Assembly: GCA_948468315.1 (NCBI GenBank) | Contig: CAOKHL010000001.1 | Coordinates: 34,064-98,063 of the forward strand | Direction of reading: 5' to 3' | From: an uncultured Eubacteriales bacterium | GTDB taxonomy: Bacteria; Bacillota; Clostridia; TANB77; CAG-508 | Length of the DNA stretch: 64,000 bases | In this document: positions 62,148-64,000 of the stretch, in pieces | Layout of the letters: each line of letters opens with the position of its first letter | How positions within the stretch are numbered: position 1 is the first letter of the stretch | The notes under the pieces: generated by a model | The model's database searches: none | Told to the model about the DNA's origin: nothing | What the model saw: only the letters and a program-made list of their open reading frames with translations | Made by a program: the position numbers and the translations under genes

Positions 62148-62918
62148 ATGAATATTTTGGCAGTAGGAGATATAGTTGGGCAAATCGGAATAAAAGAGCT
62201 TCAAAAAAAACTTCAAAAAATAAAGCAAGAATATAATGTTGATTTCGTTATAGTAAATGGTGAAAATGCAGCAGAAGGAATGGGAATTACAGAAAAAAAC
62301 TTTAAGGACATATTATCGGCAGGAGCAGATTGTGTAACAATGGGCAATCATACATGGGGAAAAAAGGAAATATTTAATTTTATAGATAATCCAAAATTGA
62401 TAAGGCCAGCAAATTATCCAGAAGGAGTATGTGGAAAAGGTTATAATATTTATAATTGTAAGAATAAGAAAATAGCTGTAATAAATGCAATTGGAAGAGC
62501 AGAAATAAATATCATGACAGATAATCCATTTACAGTGACTAAGAAAATTGTCCAAAATATAAAAAATGAAGCAGATATTATAATTCTTGATTTTCATGCT
62601 GAAGCAACAGCAGAGAAAAAAGCTATGGGATATAATCTAGATGGAGAAATAACAGCTATGTTTGGAACACATACACATGTTCAAACAGCAGATGAACAAA
62701 TTTTAGAAAAAGGAACAGGTTTTATTACAGATATAGGAATGACTGGTCCAAAAAATTCAGTTATAGGAATGGATAAAGAGGCAGCATTAAAGAGATTTAT
62801 AACATCATTACCAGAGAAATACAGAATAGCAACAGGTGATGCTATATTCAATAGTGTATTGTTTGAAATAAACGATGAGACTAATAAGGTAGAAAAAATT
62901 GTAAGAATTAATAATTAG
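62148..62918 (+). CDS. ymdB: YmdB/TIGR00282 metallophosphoesterase
   Basis: GDIVG, NGENAA, MGNHTW, RPANYP, DFHAEATAEK and GTHTHVQTAD motifs. Confidence 0.92.
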   Translation: MNILAVGDIVGQIGIKELQKKLQKIKQEYNVDFVIVNGENAAEGMGITEKNFKDILSAGADCVTMGNHTWGKKEIFNFIDNPKLIRPANYPEGVCGKGYNIYNCKNKKIAVINAIGRAEINIMTDNPFTVTKKIVQNIKNEADIIILDFHAEATAEKKAMGYNLDGEITAMFGTHTHVQTADEQILEKGTGFITDIGMTGPKNSVIGMDKEAALKRFITSLPEKYRIATGDAIFNSVLFEINDETNKVEKIVRINN

Positions 62919-63002
62919 TTGAAATGCATTTGCAAAATACTTGATAAAGTAAATAATTTATGATAAAATAAATATAATAAAATAAGTACAGTAAAAGTAC
63001 TA

Positions 63003-63109
63003 AAAAAGCGGTGTTCCCCACCAAATAAGAGGGAGTGGAAAAAGCGGTGTTCCCCACCAAATAAGAGGGAGTGGAAAAAGCGGTGTTCCCCACCAATAAG
63101 AGGGAGTGG
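63003..63109 (+). ncRNA. toxI: Type III toxin-antitoxin antitoxin RNA (ToxI/AntiQ-like), three 36/36/35-nt repeats
   Basis: aaaaagcggtgttccccaccaaataagagggagtgg x3 with no spacers. Each unit can form an H-type pseudoknot (ggtg/cacc and tccc/ggga). TTGATA...TAAAAT promoter at 62941-62969. Confidence 0.88.
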
Positions 63110-63116
63110 AAAAAGG

Positions 63117-63155
63117 AAAAGAGGGCTTCCTAAATTAGTTTAGGTTGTCCTCTTT
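63117..63155 (+). terminator. Intrinsic terminator between antitoxin repeats and toxin gene
   Basis: aaagagggc..ctaaa/tttag..gtcctcttt hairpin, in the canonical type III TA position. Confidence 0.75.
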
Positions 63156-63187
63156 ATAATTTAATATTTAGGAGAAAAATAGTAATT

Positions 63188-63685
63188 ATGGATAGAAATT
63201 ATAATTTAGTAACAGTTAGTAGTAGATATTGTGAGTATTTAAGAAAATATGATTATAGAGTTAGCTATAACTCAAATGAGAAAAATACAAGACCATTTGT
63301 AGGAGTTCTTTTTGAGATTAATGAATATAAATATTTTGCACCACTTTCTTCTCCAAAGCCGAAACATTTAACAATGAAAAACAATATAGATTTTTATAAA
63401 ATAGATGGAGGCAAACTTGGTGCAGTGAATTTTAATAATATGATACCAATACCTAATGGTGAGTTCCAGTGTATTGATATAAATTTATCTTGTAGTACTA
63501 AAAAAGAAAAAATGTATCAAGATTTATTAAGAGACCAATTACATTGGTTAAATCGTTATGGAAAAAGCTTGAGAGAAAAAGCAAAAAAATTATATTTAAA
63601 AAGAATACAAAATAAGTTAAAGTCAAGTATTGCAAATAGATGTTGTGATTTTATATTATTAGAAGAAAAATGTAATAATTATTAA
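63188..63685 (+). CDS. toxN: Type III TA toxin, ToxN/AbiQ family endoribonuclease
   Basis: YLRKYDYRV, RPFVGVL, YFAPLSSPKPKH, LGAVNFNNMIPI and CCDFILLEEKC motifs. Confidence 0.92.
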   Translation: MDRNYNLVTVSSRYCEYLRKYDYRVSYNSNEKNTRPFVGVLFEINEYKYFAPLSSPKPKHLTMKNNIDFYKIDGGKLGAVNFNNMIPIPNGEFQCIDINLSCSTKKEKMYQDLLRDQLHWLNRYGKSLREKAKKLYLKRIQNKLKSSIANRCCDFILLEEKCNNY

Positions 63686-63700
63686 AATAAGTTTAAAATA

Positions 63701-63895
63701 GTTACAATTCACAGTTATGAAAGTTTCATATATATTAAAATTCCGTTCCTTACTGGTCGGGCAAACATTCCAAAGAAGAATATATGTAAATTAAAATTGG
63801 TGCTATAAATTACTGTTTAAAGTAAGAGAGCCCTCCCAAGCTGCGCGTCACTGCATTTTAATATATATGAAACTTTCATAACTGTGAATTGTAAC
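63701..63895. repeat. ~195-bp structured element with terminal inverted repeats, copy 2
   Basis: gttacaattcacagttatgaaagtttcatatatattaaaat ... attttaatatatatgaaactttcataactgtgaattgtaac; shares its GC-rich core motifs with 51621-51811. Confidence 0.88.
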
Positions 63896-64000
63896 ATAAA
63901 ATCAAACTTTATGCTAAATTTTTTGTCAAAACTATTGAATATTCCCCCCAACTTATGCTATAATACTCCAAGTTGTAAATTTAAAAGGAGGAATTTTAAA

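Noticed and set aside
62908-63096. ORF MVGNTAFSTPSYL... on the minus strand
   Set aside because: It is only the antisense translation of the antitoxin repeats.
63003-63109. 36-bp repeats as a CRISPR array
   Set aside because: The repeats are head-to-tail with no spacers and there are no cas genes; the layout matches a type III antitoxin.
63935-63964. C6 tract in a promoter spacer as a phase-variation switch
   Set aside because: The tract is short and the downstream gene lies outside the window, so the idea cannot be supported.

Overview
Very AT-rich chromosomal window from a spore-forming Clostridia-like Firmicute. Gene content and pilin-like proteins resemble uncultured gut Clostridia such as TANB77; this is inference only. 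Most of it is housekeeping, sporulation and envelope genes: asnS, spoIVA, recN, dxs, glyQS, ftsEX-M23-S41, pgsA, prmC, yunB, deoD, pyrG, an ABC exporter pair, a sortase pilus locus and one tRNA(CAT). The main observation is that five otherwise intact conserved genes (spoIVA, an RNHCP protein, dxs, yunB and an ABC transporter) are all broken in the same way. In each, an in-frame CGG codon is followed by continuation in the +1 frame, so skipping the C restores a Gly codon (C-GGN) and the full-length protein. This suggests a genome-wide, CGG-triggered +1 recoding or 4-base decoding rule, though a systematic sequencing artefact has to be excluded. Other notable items: a type IV pilin-like/C-type-lectin-fold gene with a DGR variable-region signature but no RT/TR in the window; two non-diversified paralogs of it; two copies of a ~190-bp structured element with compensating terminal inverted repeats; a type III toxIN locus with pseudoknot repeats; an orphan PemK/MazF-like toxin followed by a candidate sRNA; and several REP-like or leader repeats.
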